Source of the DNA: Piromyces finnis finn
Taxonomy: Eukaryota; Fungi; Neocallimastigomycota
Assembly (NCBI GenBank): GCA_002104945.1
Contig: MCFH01000016.1
Coordinates: 558,001-622,000, forward strand
DNA length: 64,000 nucleotides
Direction: 5' to 3'
Position numbers and translations under genes: made by a program. The notes beneath the pieces were generated by a model. That model was not told the origin of the DNA. It worked only from the letters and a program-made list of their open reading frames with translations, and did not search any database. Positions 37,279-50,677 of this stretch are shown piece after piece; within the stretch, counting starts at the first letter, position 1, and each line of letters begins with the position of its first letter.

Positions 37279-38637
37279 TTTATTTATTTTATTTCTAAAT
37301 AAAATAATAATAATATGAAAAAACAATAAAGAACGTTGTTATTAATATATTATTTATAAACAAATGGTAGGTCTATATTATCTTACTAACTTTTTTATTA
37401 GAGGGAAAAAAAAATATTAAAATAATAATAATAAAAAGAATTTCTCCATAAATTGATAATATAAATTTACACATTAATTAAATTTAATTAATACATGATT
37501 GTATGATACATATAAAAATATATATGTATTTTTAAATTTCATTGTCAATAAAATAATAATAGTAAAATAAAAAGTAAAAAAAAAAAAGAAAAAGAAAAAG
37601 AAAAAATAAATTATTTGTTAAAATAGCTTTTAAAACGAAAAAATATAAAAAAAATAAATGACACTCATATTTAAGTATTGGAATATTACCACAAATATTA
37701 TTTATTTTTTTAATATTCTTTAAATGTATTAATTCTACATGGAGTTACTTCATTCCAAAATTTCATAATAATTAATATAAAGAACTATTTAAACTACTTA
37801 ATATTAAATTAACTAGATTAGGTTCTTTTTCTTTTTCTTTTTTATTTAATTATTTGATTAGAAATTCAGATGTTTTTCTTTTGTTTTAAGGATTTATATT
37901 TAGAAACTTTTTTATAAGCATTTAAATTTAAATTGAATTATTAATACAATTTTTTTTATACTTCTATATTAATAACGTTTATGCAAAAGATTAAAAGAAT
38001 TATAATAATTTATGTATTTATAATTTTTTTCAAAAATTTTTAATGATAATAGTAACCTTTAATTAAAAACTATTTTAAATATATAATTCAAAATTTGAAT
38101 GATACACAATAGAAATAGTTCATTGTTTTTTTAAAAAATAAAAATCATGAAAATTCATATATTATTTTATAAAAATAGGTGTTTTATATTTAAATTTTTA
38201 ATGAATAATATATAAAATCAAAAAATAAGTAGGTTTTTTTTTATCGTATCTTCTTCAATTCACATTATAAGATTAAATAAGTAAATTATATAACACATAA
38301 TTTTTAATTATTTGAATGACATAATTATATATTTAAAAAAATTTCATAAAAATGAAATATTATTTAATTTCATAATAAAAATATTCTTTTGTTTTAAATA
38401 AATATATATTATTTTCAACAAATTATTAAGGGTAATAATGATATTCTTTTTCTACATTGTAATACTTTAAATAAAATTAGCAAAAATAATTTTTTTATTA
38501 TATGATAATATTAAAATTATTTTAAGTATTATAAAATTTTTATTAATTTCATATAATTAAAATTATTTTTAAAATAATTTTTTTACAACTTAACACAAAA
38601 GTTTCTATAATACTTTTCTATTTTTTATAATTTACTT

Positions 38638-41600
38638 TTAAATACTAATCTTTTTAATAATAATTGATTTTTTAATGCTGGATGACTTTTTGATTGTAGT
38701 TTTTTTAGTAGATATCTTCTTAGAAGTAGTTTTCTTGGTAGTAGTTGATTTCTTAGTAGTTTTCTTCATAGAAATAGTTGGCTTTTTGTTTGTAGTTTTC
38801 TTAATTATGATCTTAGTAGTAACCGGCTTCTTAGTAATAGTTTTCTTGATTATGATCTTAGTATTAATTGGTTTTTTAGTAGTAGTTTTCTTAATAGTAA
38901 TTTGTTTCTTATTTGTAGTAGTTTTCTTTGTTGAAGTCTTAGTAGTAGTTGGCTTCTTGGTTGTAGTAGTTTTCTTTGTTGAAGTTTTAGTAGTAGTTGG
39001 CTTCTTGGTTGTAGTAGTTTTCTTAGTTGTAGTCTTAGTAGTAGTTGGCTTCTTGGTTGTAGTAGTTTTCTTAGTTGTAGTCTTAGTAGTAGTTGGCTTC
39101 TTGGTTGTAGAAGTAGTAGTAGTAGTAGTAGTTGTTGTTGTTGTTGTTGTTGTAGCAGTAACTTTACAAACTTCGTTATCACTTTTATCATAAATACTAT
39201 GAAAAATAAAAATTGTTAAATTTTAATTTTTAATAAAATTATTTAAAATAAAATGAAAAAATAATATATAATAGCAAGCTTACAATTCTGGAACATTAAG
39301 TTGACAGATAGATTCTGGGATAGATTTAATATTATTTCCACTAATATTACTATTTTATTATGTTAAATAATAGTAATAAAATATAATAAAATAATAAAAT
39401 ATAATAATAAAATAATAAAATATAATAAAATAATAAAATATAATAATAAAATAATAAAATATAATAAAATAATAAAATATAATAATAAAATAATAAAATA
39501 TAATAAAATAATAAAATATAATAATAAAATAATAAAATATAATAAAATAATAAAATATAATAATAAAATAATAAAATATGATTTTGTAAAATTTAATAAT
39601 TTTTAATACATATTTAATTCAGTAATGTATAATTTAGTAATGTATAATTTAGAAAACTAAAAATTTAAACTTACAGATATTTTAATTTTTTAAGATTACC
39701 AATTTTATCTGAAATTGAATCTATATTATTTTTGGAAATATTACTAATTTCAAATAATAATAAAATATGATATTTTCGGTTTAGTAAATATTAATATATA
39801 TTTTTATTTTATAAATTGAATTGAATATAATAAGTATTTATGTTATTTTATTAATTATTTATTTTATTAATTATTTATTATATTATATTTTATTTTATTT
39901 TATTTACAGATATTCAAGATTCTTTGGATTTCCAAGTAAATCTGATTCTAAAATACTAGCAATTGGACTTTTACTACTGTATTCTGATTGTTGTGAGATT
40001 ACCCTAGAATATTTTAGATATTTTAAAGAAAATTAATATCCTAAATTCTTAAATATAAATTAAAAATTATATTTATTTTACAATTTTTTTAAGTTAGCCA
40101 TTGAAAATATAGGTTCTGGAATTTCAGTTAATGGACAGGATTCATCATTAAAAACTGTACTTTCCCATGAGCAATGACTATTAAATGAAATAAATTCTCT
40201 AAATTGTATTTTATAAATATTATTATAATATATAATTTTAATTATATATAATTTATATAATAATAATATGAAATTTTAATATTTTAATAAATTTATTAAA
40301 AAAATGCATTTAATTAAAGTAAATATATTTATTTACAAATCTTCAAGATTAGTAAGATTCGTTAATTTATCAAGCTTTATGTTTTCTTCATAACCACATT
40401 CTTCTAATGTTCTATAAAAGTCAAAAATAAATCAAAAAAAGATTTTTAATTTTTTTTTTTTTTTTTTTTTTAATTAAATAAATCATATATAATATATATT
40501 TAATTACAATGATTTTAAATTTGTTAATTTTGAAAGTTCATCGATACTTGTTTGATTGAGATGATATAAATCAATAGTTCTATTAATTATTTAAAAATAT
40601 TAATTAGAAAAGAAAATAAAATACAATATCAATATTTTTTTTTATTAATAATATTTGTATTAATAATTTTTGAATTAACTAGTATTTAATATTAAAATAA
40701 CAAAAAAATTATAATGTATGTATAATTTATATTTACAATGATTTTAAATTATCTAAATTCTTTAAAATTGAAGAATCAAATATTTTATTTCTATAGACAT
40801 AAGATTTATTATCGTGTGAAATATTTCTATATTTCGATTCAGATGTTAAGTATATTACAAATATAAATATTAATATGAAAAATAAAAAAATGAATAAGCA
40901 TTTCATATTTCATTATTTCATTAATATAAATCGTTATGTTATTAGTTTTCTTAATTATTGCTTTTCTTTTCTTAATTACATATAATATATATATACTTAC
41001 AAATTACTGAGATTTTTATTATTTTTTAAAGGAGAAAGATCCACTTTTTCTACAAATGTATCCATAAATGTTCTAAATAACAAAAAAAAAAAAAAATGTA
41101 AAATGAAATTTTAAAATTGAATAACTTTATTTTAAAAATATTATAAGGGTATTAAAATAGTTTCTAATAATTACACTTTTTCAAGATTCTTTAAAGTAGC
41201 AAGATCATCAATTACATATTGTGGAATATCGCCATTACTTAAAACCCTTTTTATTTATATATTTTATATATAATCAAGTTAAAGAAAAGAAACATATTAT
41301 AACAGTTTTAAATTTATAATCTACTTACAAGTTTTTAACAGAACCTGGTATATTTAAAATATCCTTTTCTTTTAAGTCTGTATTTTTAAAACCAAAAAGG
41401 TTTCTAATTTAAATATTTGATAATATAGATAATATAAATAATATAAATTATATAAATAATATAAATAATATAACTAGTTAATTATAATTATATAATATTT
41501 AAAGTATTGTATTGTTTATTTCAACATAAGTATATATATTTTAAATTTATATTTTATATTATATATTGTATTACAAAGTTTTTAAATTAGTCAAGTTCGA

Positions 41601-42229
41601 AATTGAACTTGGAAAAGTATCAGTAACAGAATCTCCTCTTAAGAAATCAATATTTGAGGAATGATATTGGTTTAATTTATCAAGATGACTATTATAAATA
41701 TTTAAAATATATATTATTATTAATAAAATTGTTTTATTAATATTATTGTTTTTAATGTTATTATTATTGGTAATTATATATTATTTAATTTTTTTTTTAT
41801 TTTAAAAAGTAAAAAAAAAATAATTACACATATTCAAGGGTGTCATATGAAAGTATTTTGTTCAATTCCTCGGTAGTTAAACCATAAATATACATTGATC
41901 TTTTTATTTAAATAAAAGAATAAAATAATAATAATAATAATAATAAAATATATCAAAATTTACATGGTTATTTTCTTTTTAAGTTTATTTTATTAAAAGA
42001 CTATTTTATTATGTTTATTATTTACTTACAAAGAATTAACTTTTCCTTGGTCATTTACTCCACAATCATTAAGATTTAATTGATATCCTCTAAATTCGTC
42101 ATAAAAATCTTTTCCCTTATTTTTTTCTAATAATAAATTATAAATTTCTTCACAATCATTAGTTGATTCATTTGCCAAAACAAAGCAAGAAATGGATGAT
42201 ACAATTGCAAGTTTTTGAAATATTTTCAT
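38638..42229 (-). CDS. Secreted LRR protein with C-terminal Thr/Lys-rich repeat tail (copy A); about 14 exons
   Basis: MKIFQKLAIVSSISCFVLA signal plus a Cys cap (DCEEIY..DCGVNDQGKV). Twelve phase-2 LRR-like exons. The last exon encodes (TKKPTTTKTTTKKTTT)-type 16-aa repeats ending in TAA at 38638-38640. Confidence 0.88.
39372..39579. repeat. Intronic A/T minisatellite (alternating 18/21-bp units), 96 bp longer than the paralogous tract at ~45212-45323
   Basis: Units TAATAAAATATAATAAAA and TAATAAAATATAATAATAAAA; the paralog offset changes from 5840 to 5744 across the tract. Confidence 0.85.
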
Positions 42230-44606
42230 TTTATATGATTACAAATAAATTTTTTCTTTGTTTTTATTTTTTTAACGAAGGAACCGAAGTCTTAATTTAT
42301 ATATATATTTTTCCTTTAAAATAAAATTATGTTATATTTTAACAATTATAATTTTTTTTTTAACCACTTTATGAAGTCGTACAAGAGATTTAATTAATTT
42401 CCATAAAAATAAAAATGTTAACTTTAATTATTAATAATTATATATTAAGTTAAAAATCAAAATTTAATATTTTTCATTAATAATATAATCATATATTCAT
42501 GAAAATCCAGAAAATATAAAATATTAATTTTATTGAAAAAGAATGAAATTCCTATTATTACTGAATATAAATAAATAAAAAAAAAAAAAAACATTAATTT
42601 ACCATTGAATGAATAAAAATTTTTAATATACATTTTCAATTTCTTTTATACTAAATTGTGTGTTTTACATTTTACAATTATCCTAAGGTTTATTACATTT
42701 TAATATAATAAATATCAAAACCTTTATTTATTAATTAAAGTTCAATAATAATTATATAAATTTTTAATAGGAATGAAAGTTCTAGATAAATTATATTCTT
42801 TTATTATTTACTTATTGTTAGAATATGTGAAATATATGTTAATTATATTATCATAAATATACTGTAAAATAAATAATATATTATTAAACTCTTAAACCAA
42901 TATTAAATAATTGTAAACTCTTTATTATAAATTATAAAATGTATATTAACAACCTATATTAGTAACATATTATTATATATATATATTTTTGACATTTACT
43001 ACAATTATATGTATTTTCTTTACACATGAAAATATATTAAAAAACTAGTAAAATTACAAAGATGACATTGAAATCGCAAAAGAATATCAAAGTTATGTTC
43101 TGTATATTATCAAGTGAAGACATATTACAAAGTCAAAAATAAAAAAAAATATTGATATTTATGAGATTCAAACAAACTTGTTTATTACTTTGCTTTTATG
43201 TTTTTTTGAAAATTTTATATTGAATTTTTATGTTAAAATATAAAAAATATTGTGTAATTTCTAATGAGATCTAGAAATATCCTGGTAGGTAAAAGAAATA
43301 AAAAAGAAAAAATAAATTCTTTGTTAAAATAACTTTTAAAACGAAAAATATAAAAAATAATTGACATTTACATTTAAATATTACTATTAAATTTATTTTA
43401 ATAATTAAGATACATTCTACCTAAAAAGTTTTTTCATTTCATAATTCCATAATAATTAATATATAGAGATGCTATTTAAATTACTTAATATTAAATTAAC
43501 GATGATTAGATTCTTTCTCTTATTTTATTTTTTAATTAATTATTTAAGTAGAAATTCAAATATTTTTCTTTTATTACACAATGAATATTTTTAATTAATT
43601 CTTAGGATTGAAGGTTTACAACAAATATAAACAACTTATGGAAATTATTAAATTTCAGGATATATGTATTTGACTGTTAAAAAAGTATTAAAATAACTTT
43701 ATTTATTATATATTAATTTTCATAAAGATATAAGTTATCATCAACGAAATGAAACACTAAGTTTCTCAGTAAAAGAATAAGTCCAATTTTATTAATAATT
43801 TTGTACAGTTTCTATTTCCTATGTATAAAAAGAATTTAATTTCAATCATTGATAATACTAAATGTATTTAAAAAATTTGGATGATGCCAGTAGAAATATA
43901 GAAATAATTCAATTTTTTTTTTTTTTTTTTAACAGCATCAAATATTTTAAATTTTATTATTAATTTAATTAAAATTATAATACATGTAATAAAAAAATTA
44001 AATATAAAAAAAAATATGTTTAAATAAACACAAATGAATAAAACTTGGGTATAATGTATTCTAGTAATTTTAATTAAAGTAAGAAAGCCACTATTATACT
44101 AAAGTATAATAATTGTATTTGACTTCCCAATGGGACACCAAGCCAAAGATCAAAATTTTATTATAAAAAAAAAAACTATAAAAATGTATTTTTTTATGAT
44201 TTTTATTTGAATCTTTAATAATATAATCAAATTAAAAAAAAATTTTTTTCATTAACTTATTTATTGTTTTCAATTTATACTAAAACATAAATATCAACAT
44301 TTTATTATTTTTATTATTTTTATTATTATTACTATTATTATTATTATTTTTATACACCAAAGTTTAATTTATTAAGATATTTATTAATATTTTATATATT
44401 TTTATTTCAAATTATTTAATAAGTAATTATAAATTTTTCATACAAATTATAAAAAATTTTTCGAATGCTATTAGCGTAAATTATTTTTTTTTTTTATTAT
44501 ATGATAATATTGAAAAAAATTTATACATTATAAAAATTTTTATCATTACTATAATTAAAATTATTTAACATAAAAGTTTTTATAATACTTTTATATTTTT
44601 TATAAT

Positions 44607-47600
44607 TTACTTTTTAATACTAGTCTTTTTAATAATAGTTACTTTTTTAGTCTTTGTTAATTTTTTGGTTGTAGTTTTCTTAGTAGAAGTTGATTTCTTA
44701 GTAGTTGTCTTCTTAGAAGTAGTTTTTTTAGTAGTAGTTGGCTTCTTAGTAGTAGTAGTTTTCTTTGTTGAAGTTTTAGTAGTAGTTGGCTTCTTTGTTG
44801 TAGTAGTTTTCTTTGTTGAGGTTTTAGTAGTAGTTGGCTTCTTGGTTGTAGTAGTTTTCTTTGTTGAAGTTTTAGTAGTAGTTGGCTTCTTGGTTGTAGT
44901 AGTTTTCTTAGTTGTAGTCTTAGTAGTAGTTGGCTTCTTGGTTGTAGAAGTAGTAGTAGTAGTAGTTGTTGTTGTTGTTGTTGTTGTTGTTGTAGCAGTA
45001 ACTTTACAAACTTCGTTATCACTTTTATCATAAATACTATGAAAAATAAAAATTGTTAAATTTTAATTTTTAATAAAATTATTTAAAATAAAATGAAAAA
45101 ATAATATATAATAGCAAGCTTACAATTCTGGAACATTAAGTTGACAGATAGATTCTGGGATAGATTTAATATTATTTCCACTAATATTACTATTTTATTA
45201 TGTTAAATAATAGTAATAAAATATAATAAAATAATAAAATATAATAATAAAATAATAAAATATAATAATAAAATAATAAAATATAATAAAATAATAAAAT
45301 ATAATAATAAAATAATAAAATATGATTTTGTAAAATTTAATAATTTTTAATACATATTTAATTCAGTAATGTATAATTTAGTAATGTATAATTTAGAAAA
45401 CTAAAAATTTAAACTTACAGATATTTTAATTTTTTAAGATTACCAATTTTATCTGAAATTGAATCTATATTATTTTTGGAAATATTACTAATTTCAAATA
45501 ATAATAAAATATGATATTTTCGGTTTAGTAAATATTAATATATATTTTTATTTTATAAATTGAATTGAATATAATAAGTATTTATGTTATTTTATTAATT
45601 ATTTATTTTATTAATTATTTATTATATTATATTTTATTTTATTTTATTTACAGATATTCAAGATTCTTTGGATTTCCAAGTAAATCTGATTCTAAAATAC
45701 TAGCAATTGGACTTTTACTACTGTATTCTGATTGTTGTGAGATTACCCTAGAATATTTTAGATATTTTAAAGAAAATTAATATCCTAAATTCTTAAATAT
45801 AAATTAAAAATTATATTTATTTTACAATTTTTTTAAGTTAGCCATTGAAAATATAGATTCTGGAATTTCAGTTAATGGACAGGATTCATCACTAAAAACT
45901 GTACTTTCCCATGAGCAATGACTATTAAATGAAATAAATTCTCTAAATTGTATTTTATAAATATTATTATAATATATAATTTTAATTATATATAATTTAT
46001 ATAATAATAATATGAAATTTTAATATTTTAATAAATTTATTAAAAAAATGCATTTAATTAAAGTAAATATATTTATTTACAAATCTTCAAGATTAGTAAG
46101 ATTCGTTAATTTATCAAGCTTTATGTTTTCTTCATAACCACATTCTTCTAATGTTCTATAAAAGTCAAAAATAAATCAAAAAAAGATTTTTAATTTTTTT
46201 TTTTTTTTTTCTTTTAATTAAATAAATCATATATAATATATATTTAATTACAATGATTTTAAATTTGTTAATTTTGAAAGTTCATCGATACTTGTTTGAT
46301 TGAGATGATATAAATCAATAGTTCTATTAATTATTTAAAAATATTAATTAGAAAAGAAAATAAAATACAATATCAATATTTTTTTTTATTAATAATATTT
46401 GTATTAATAATTTTTGAATTAACTAGTATTTAATATTAAAATAACAAAAAAATTATAATGTATGTATAATTTATATTTACAATGATTTTAAATTATCTAA
46501 ATTCTTTAAAATTGAAGAATCAAATATTTTATTTCTATAGACATAAGATTTATTATCGTGTGAAATATTTCTATATTTCGATTCAGATGTTAAGTATATT
46601 ACAAATATAAATATTAATATGAAAAATAAAAAAATGAATAAGCATTTCATATTTCATTATTTCATTAATATAAATCGTTATGTTATTAGTTTTCTTAATT
46701 ATTGCTTTTCTTTTCTTAATTACATATAATATATATATACTTACAAATTACTGAGATTTTTATTATTTTTTAAAGGAGAAAGATCCACTTTTTCTACAAA
46801 TGTATCCATAAATGTTCTAAATAACAAAAAAAAAAAAAAATGTAAAATGAAATTTTAAAATTGAATAACTTTATTTTAAAAATATTATAAGGGTATTAAA
46901 ATAGTTTCTAATAATTACACTTTTTCAAGATTCTTTAAAGTAGCAAGATCATCAATTACATATTGTGGAATATCGCCATTACTTAAAACCCTTTTTATTT
47001 ATATATTTTATATATAATCAAGTTAAAGAAAAGAAACATATTATAACAGTTTTAAATTTATAATCTACTTACAAGTTTTTAACAGAACCTGGTATATTTA
47101 AAATATCCTTTTCTTTTAAGTCTGTATTTTTAAAACCAAAAAGGTTTCTAATTTAAATATTTGATAATATAGATAATATAAATAATATAAATTATATAAA
47201 TAATATAAATAATATAACTAGTTAATTATAATTATATAATATTTAAAGTATTGTATTGTTTATTTCAACATAAGTATATATATTTTAAATTTATATTTTA
47301 TATTATATATTGTATTACAAAGTTTTTAAATTAGTCAAGTTCGAAATTGAACTTGGAAAAGTATCAGTAACAGAATCTCCTCTTAAGAAATCAATATTTG
47401 AGGAATGATATTGGTTTAATTTATCAAGATGACTATTATAAATATTTAAAATATATATTATTATTAATAAAATTGTTTTATTAATATTATTGTTTTTAAT
47501 GTTATTATTATTGGTAATTATATATTATTTAATTTTTTTTTTATTTTAAAAAGTAAAAAAAAAATAATTACACATATTCAAGGGTGTCATATGAAAGTAT

Positions 47601-47973
47601 TTTGTTCAATTCCTCGGTAGTTAAACCATAAATATACATTGATCTTTTTATTTAAATAAAAGAATAAAATAATAATAATAATAATAATAAAATATATCAA
47701 AATTTACATGGTTATTTTCTTTTTAAGTTTATTTTATTAAAAGACTATTTTATTATGTTTATTATTTACTTACAAAGAATTAACTTTTCCTTGGTCATTT
47801 ACTCCACAATCATTAAGATTTAATTGATATCCTCTAAATTCGTCATAAAAATCTTTTCCCTTATTTTTTTCTAATAATAAATTATAAATTTCTTCACAAT
47901 CATTAGTTGATTCCTTTGCCAAAACAAGGCAAGAAAGGGAGGAAACAAGTGCAAGCTTTTGAAATATTTTCAT
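44607..47973 (-). CDS. Secreted LRR protein with C-terminal Thr/Lys-rich tail (copy B, tandem paralog of 38638-42229)
   Basis: Same exon chain at offset 5744/5840; start MKIFQKLALVSSLSCLVLA at 47973; shorter tail ending ...IKKTSIKK* at 44607. Confidence 0.88.
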
Positions 47974-48251
47974 TTTTATATTATTATTACAACTAACTAA
48001 TATATTTTTTTTCCTATTTTTAATATTTGTATTTATACTTTTTTTTTTTTTTAAACAAAGAAACAAATGTCTTTGTATTTATATTTATTTTTTATTCTAA
48101 AAATATTTTAATTATTAATATTTTCGTATTAAAAATAACTGAATTTAATCTTTCTTCCACCACTTAAATAAATAAAATCGTCGTACAAGAGATTAAATTA
48201 ATTTTAAATGATTTTAAAATGATTAACTTTAATTATTAATAATTATATATT

Positions 48252-48508
48252 TGTGAACATTTATGGACACATAATTTTATTTATTTATATCATATATTTA
48301 TTACACACGTGACTATTTTATAAAAACATAAACATGTATTAAAAGTGTTGTAAACGTAATGTCTACGTGTTGTAGAGAAAGTTTTTATTTATTTTTTTAT
48401 GGTCACATGACCTTACATCTCATTATATAACTGTAATATTTACAATGTAACTTTTTCTCTTTGTTAACCTTATTAATAAAATTATTTATTAATTAAATTT
48501 ATTTCACA
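48252..48508 (+). repeat. Copia 5' LTR (257 bp)
   Basis: TGTGAAC...TTTCACA; by eye identical to 60818-61078 except a 4-bp indel in a T-rich run. Confidence 0.96.
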
Positions 48509-48522
48509 GATTAAGAGTCTCA
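48509..48522 (+). promoter_or_regulatory. Primer-binding site GATTAAGAGTCTCA, complementary to the anticodon arm of tRNA-Lys(CUU)
   Basis: Abuts the 5' LTR; its reverse complement UGAGACUCUUAAUC contains the anticodon loop CU-CUU-AA. Confidence 0.75.
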
Positions 48523-48594
48523 AACTCTAATCAATAATAAAATTTCTTAAGAAAAATTTAAAGCAAAAAATTTTTGTGTGTTTAAAATTTTAGT

Positions 48595-49014
48595 ATGTCC
48601 CAGCAATTAATTTTAGCCAATAATCAACGTCTTCATGGAAAATCCAACTTTGACACTTGGAGTCTTTTAATCAAGTCAGCTGCTTCTAGACAGGGTCTAA
48701 CTAGCTATCTTGATTATGACATTGTTGGAACCATCAAAGACAACAGCTTTAAGATAGACTTTAATCTTAAAGATGTTTACACTATGGCTATTGTAAAAAT
48801 TATTGCTAACTACCGTACTAATAACTTACTCGCGTCCGTTTACAAAACCTTCACTAAAGCTATGGGGGAGGACGCAAACCCAAGCAGCAACATTAATAAC
48901 ATTAATGTTGTAGCCGCCAATAAATTGGCAAACTCGCCAATTTATAAGGCCGAGATAGTATCAGCAGCTGAAAGTCTTAATGCTGATGCACACCTTATGA
49001 TCATTCAAAATGTG
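48595..49014 (+). pseudogene. Copia gag N-terminal fragment (interrupted at 49014)
   Basis: MSQQLILANNQRLHGKSNFDTW... Removing 49015-55947 (the insert plus one TSD copy) rejoins ...MIIQNV|DEKILREIG... in frame with ORF 55945-60810. Confidence 0.9.
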
Positions 49015-50208
49015 TGTAAAGATATAATATATATCTTTAGATTATTTAATAATTAATTATTAATTATTAAATAATAAATTAATATTTAGTAAAACTGATT
49101 ATAAAATTTTTGAGTAAATTTTATGGAATAATTTAATAATAAATTATTTTATAATAATTCCGTTAAATTTAAATTAAGATAAATATTTAAGTTTAAGGAA
49201 TAAAAGAATTTTAATTAAATTTAAATATTTCAAATATTTTAAATAATTAAAATATTTTTCAAATACTTTTTATTTAATTTTAGAATAGATTATACTTTTT
49301 TATTTAAATTTAGAATAGTTTAATAATTTTAACTTAGTTTTAAAAATAGATTTATTTATATTTCAATAGGAAATATATTAAGAATAGTATTGATAATATT
49401 AAATTAATTTATAGAAAATACATGGGCTTTATTCAATTTTGAGTTTACTCAAATTGAATTAAAAGTATAATGAATTAGTTTAGTTTAGTTCTGTTATTTT
49501 ATTATTTAATTAAATTAGTTTTGTTTATTTTATATTAAATATGTAAAAGTATAAAATTTAAAACAGATTTCATACTTAAAACAAAACAATTTTTATTAAC
49601 ACAAAAATAAAAAAATAAAACATTAAATTTTTATTTTAAGAAAACATTTTATTTAAACTCTTAAAAATATTATTAGATATATAATAGTTAATAATTAAAA
49701 AATTGAAAATAACAATTACATCGATTTAACAAATAAAAATTACATGTATTTATATTTTTTCATAATTATATTCTAATATATTATTCTATTTAAATAAACA
49801 TATATTTAATATAAAATAAACAAAACTAATTTAATTAAATAATAAAATAACAGAACTAAACTAAACTAATTCATTATACTTTTAATTCAATTTGAGTAAA
49901 CTCAAAATTGAATAAAGCCCATGTATTTTCTATAAATTAATTTAATATTATCAATACTATTCTTAATATATTTCCTATTGAAATATAAATAAATCTATTT
50001 TTAAAACTAAGTTAAAATTATTAAACTATTCTAAATTTAAATAAAAAAGTATAATCTATTCTAAAATTAAATAAAAAGTATTTGAAAAATATTTTAATTA
50101 TTTAAAATATTTGAAATATTTAAATTTAATTAAAATTCTTTTATTCCTTAAACTTAAATATTTATCTTAATTTAAATTTAACGGAATTATTATAAAATAA
50201 TTTATTAT

Positions 50209-50330
50209 TGTAATGAGGTATATCTAATGATAAGGGTTAGACTAGAAAATCATTAAGGTTAGATTAATGAAAATTTCATAATTATATTTTTATAACCAAT
50301 CATTAAGTAATTAATTCACTTATCAAATTG

Positions 50331-50375
<45 letters not shown>

Positions 50376-50608
50376 ATTTTCATGTATAAAAGAGAGAATA
50401 AGAAAGATAAAATAGTTCTTTAGTGTTTTTATTAATAATTAATAAAAATTAGTTTTTTTTTTGTTTCGTCTTTAGTTTGATAATACACTGACCTAGCGAG
50501 TTAGTCGTATTATAATAATAAATTTAATAAATAAACATTATTAAAAAAAAAATACATATATTTGATACATTAGAGTGTGTGTGTTTATTATTATAATATT
50601 TCGTTACA
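50209..50608 (+). repeat. Gypsy 5' LTR (400 bp) with internal poly-A and TATAAAA at 50385
   Basis: TGTAATGAGG...CGTTACA; the portion from the poly-A onward recurs at the 3' end. Confidence 0.88.
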
Positions 50609-50619
50609 ATAAAAACACT
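50609..50619 (+). promoter_or_regulatory. Putative self-priming PBS ATAAAAACACT
   Basis: Exact reverse complement of AGTGTTTTTAT at 50422-50432 inside the same LTR; no TGG-type tRNA PBS is present. Confidence 0.65.
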
Positions 50620-50677
50620 CTAAGAAAAAGATCGCTACCTCAGTGCCTCGTTTATTTGCTTACTTCTAATTTTTTTT

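Noticed and set aside
38675-39193. Val/Leu/Phe-rich plus-strand ORFs resembling membrane proteins (also 44665-45033)
   Set aside because: Exact antisense of the Thr/Lys repeat exon, which is spliced in frame to the LRR exons on the minus strand.
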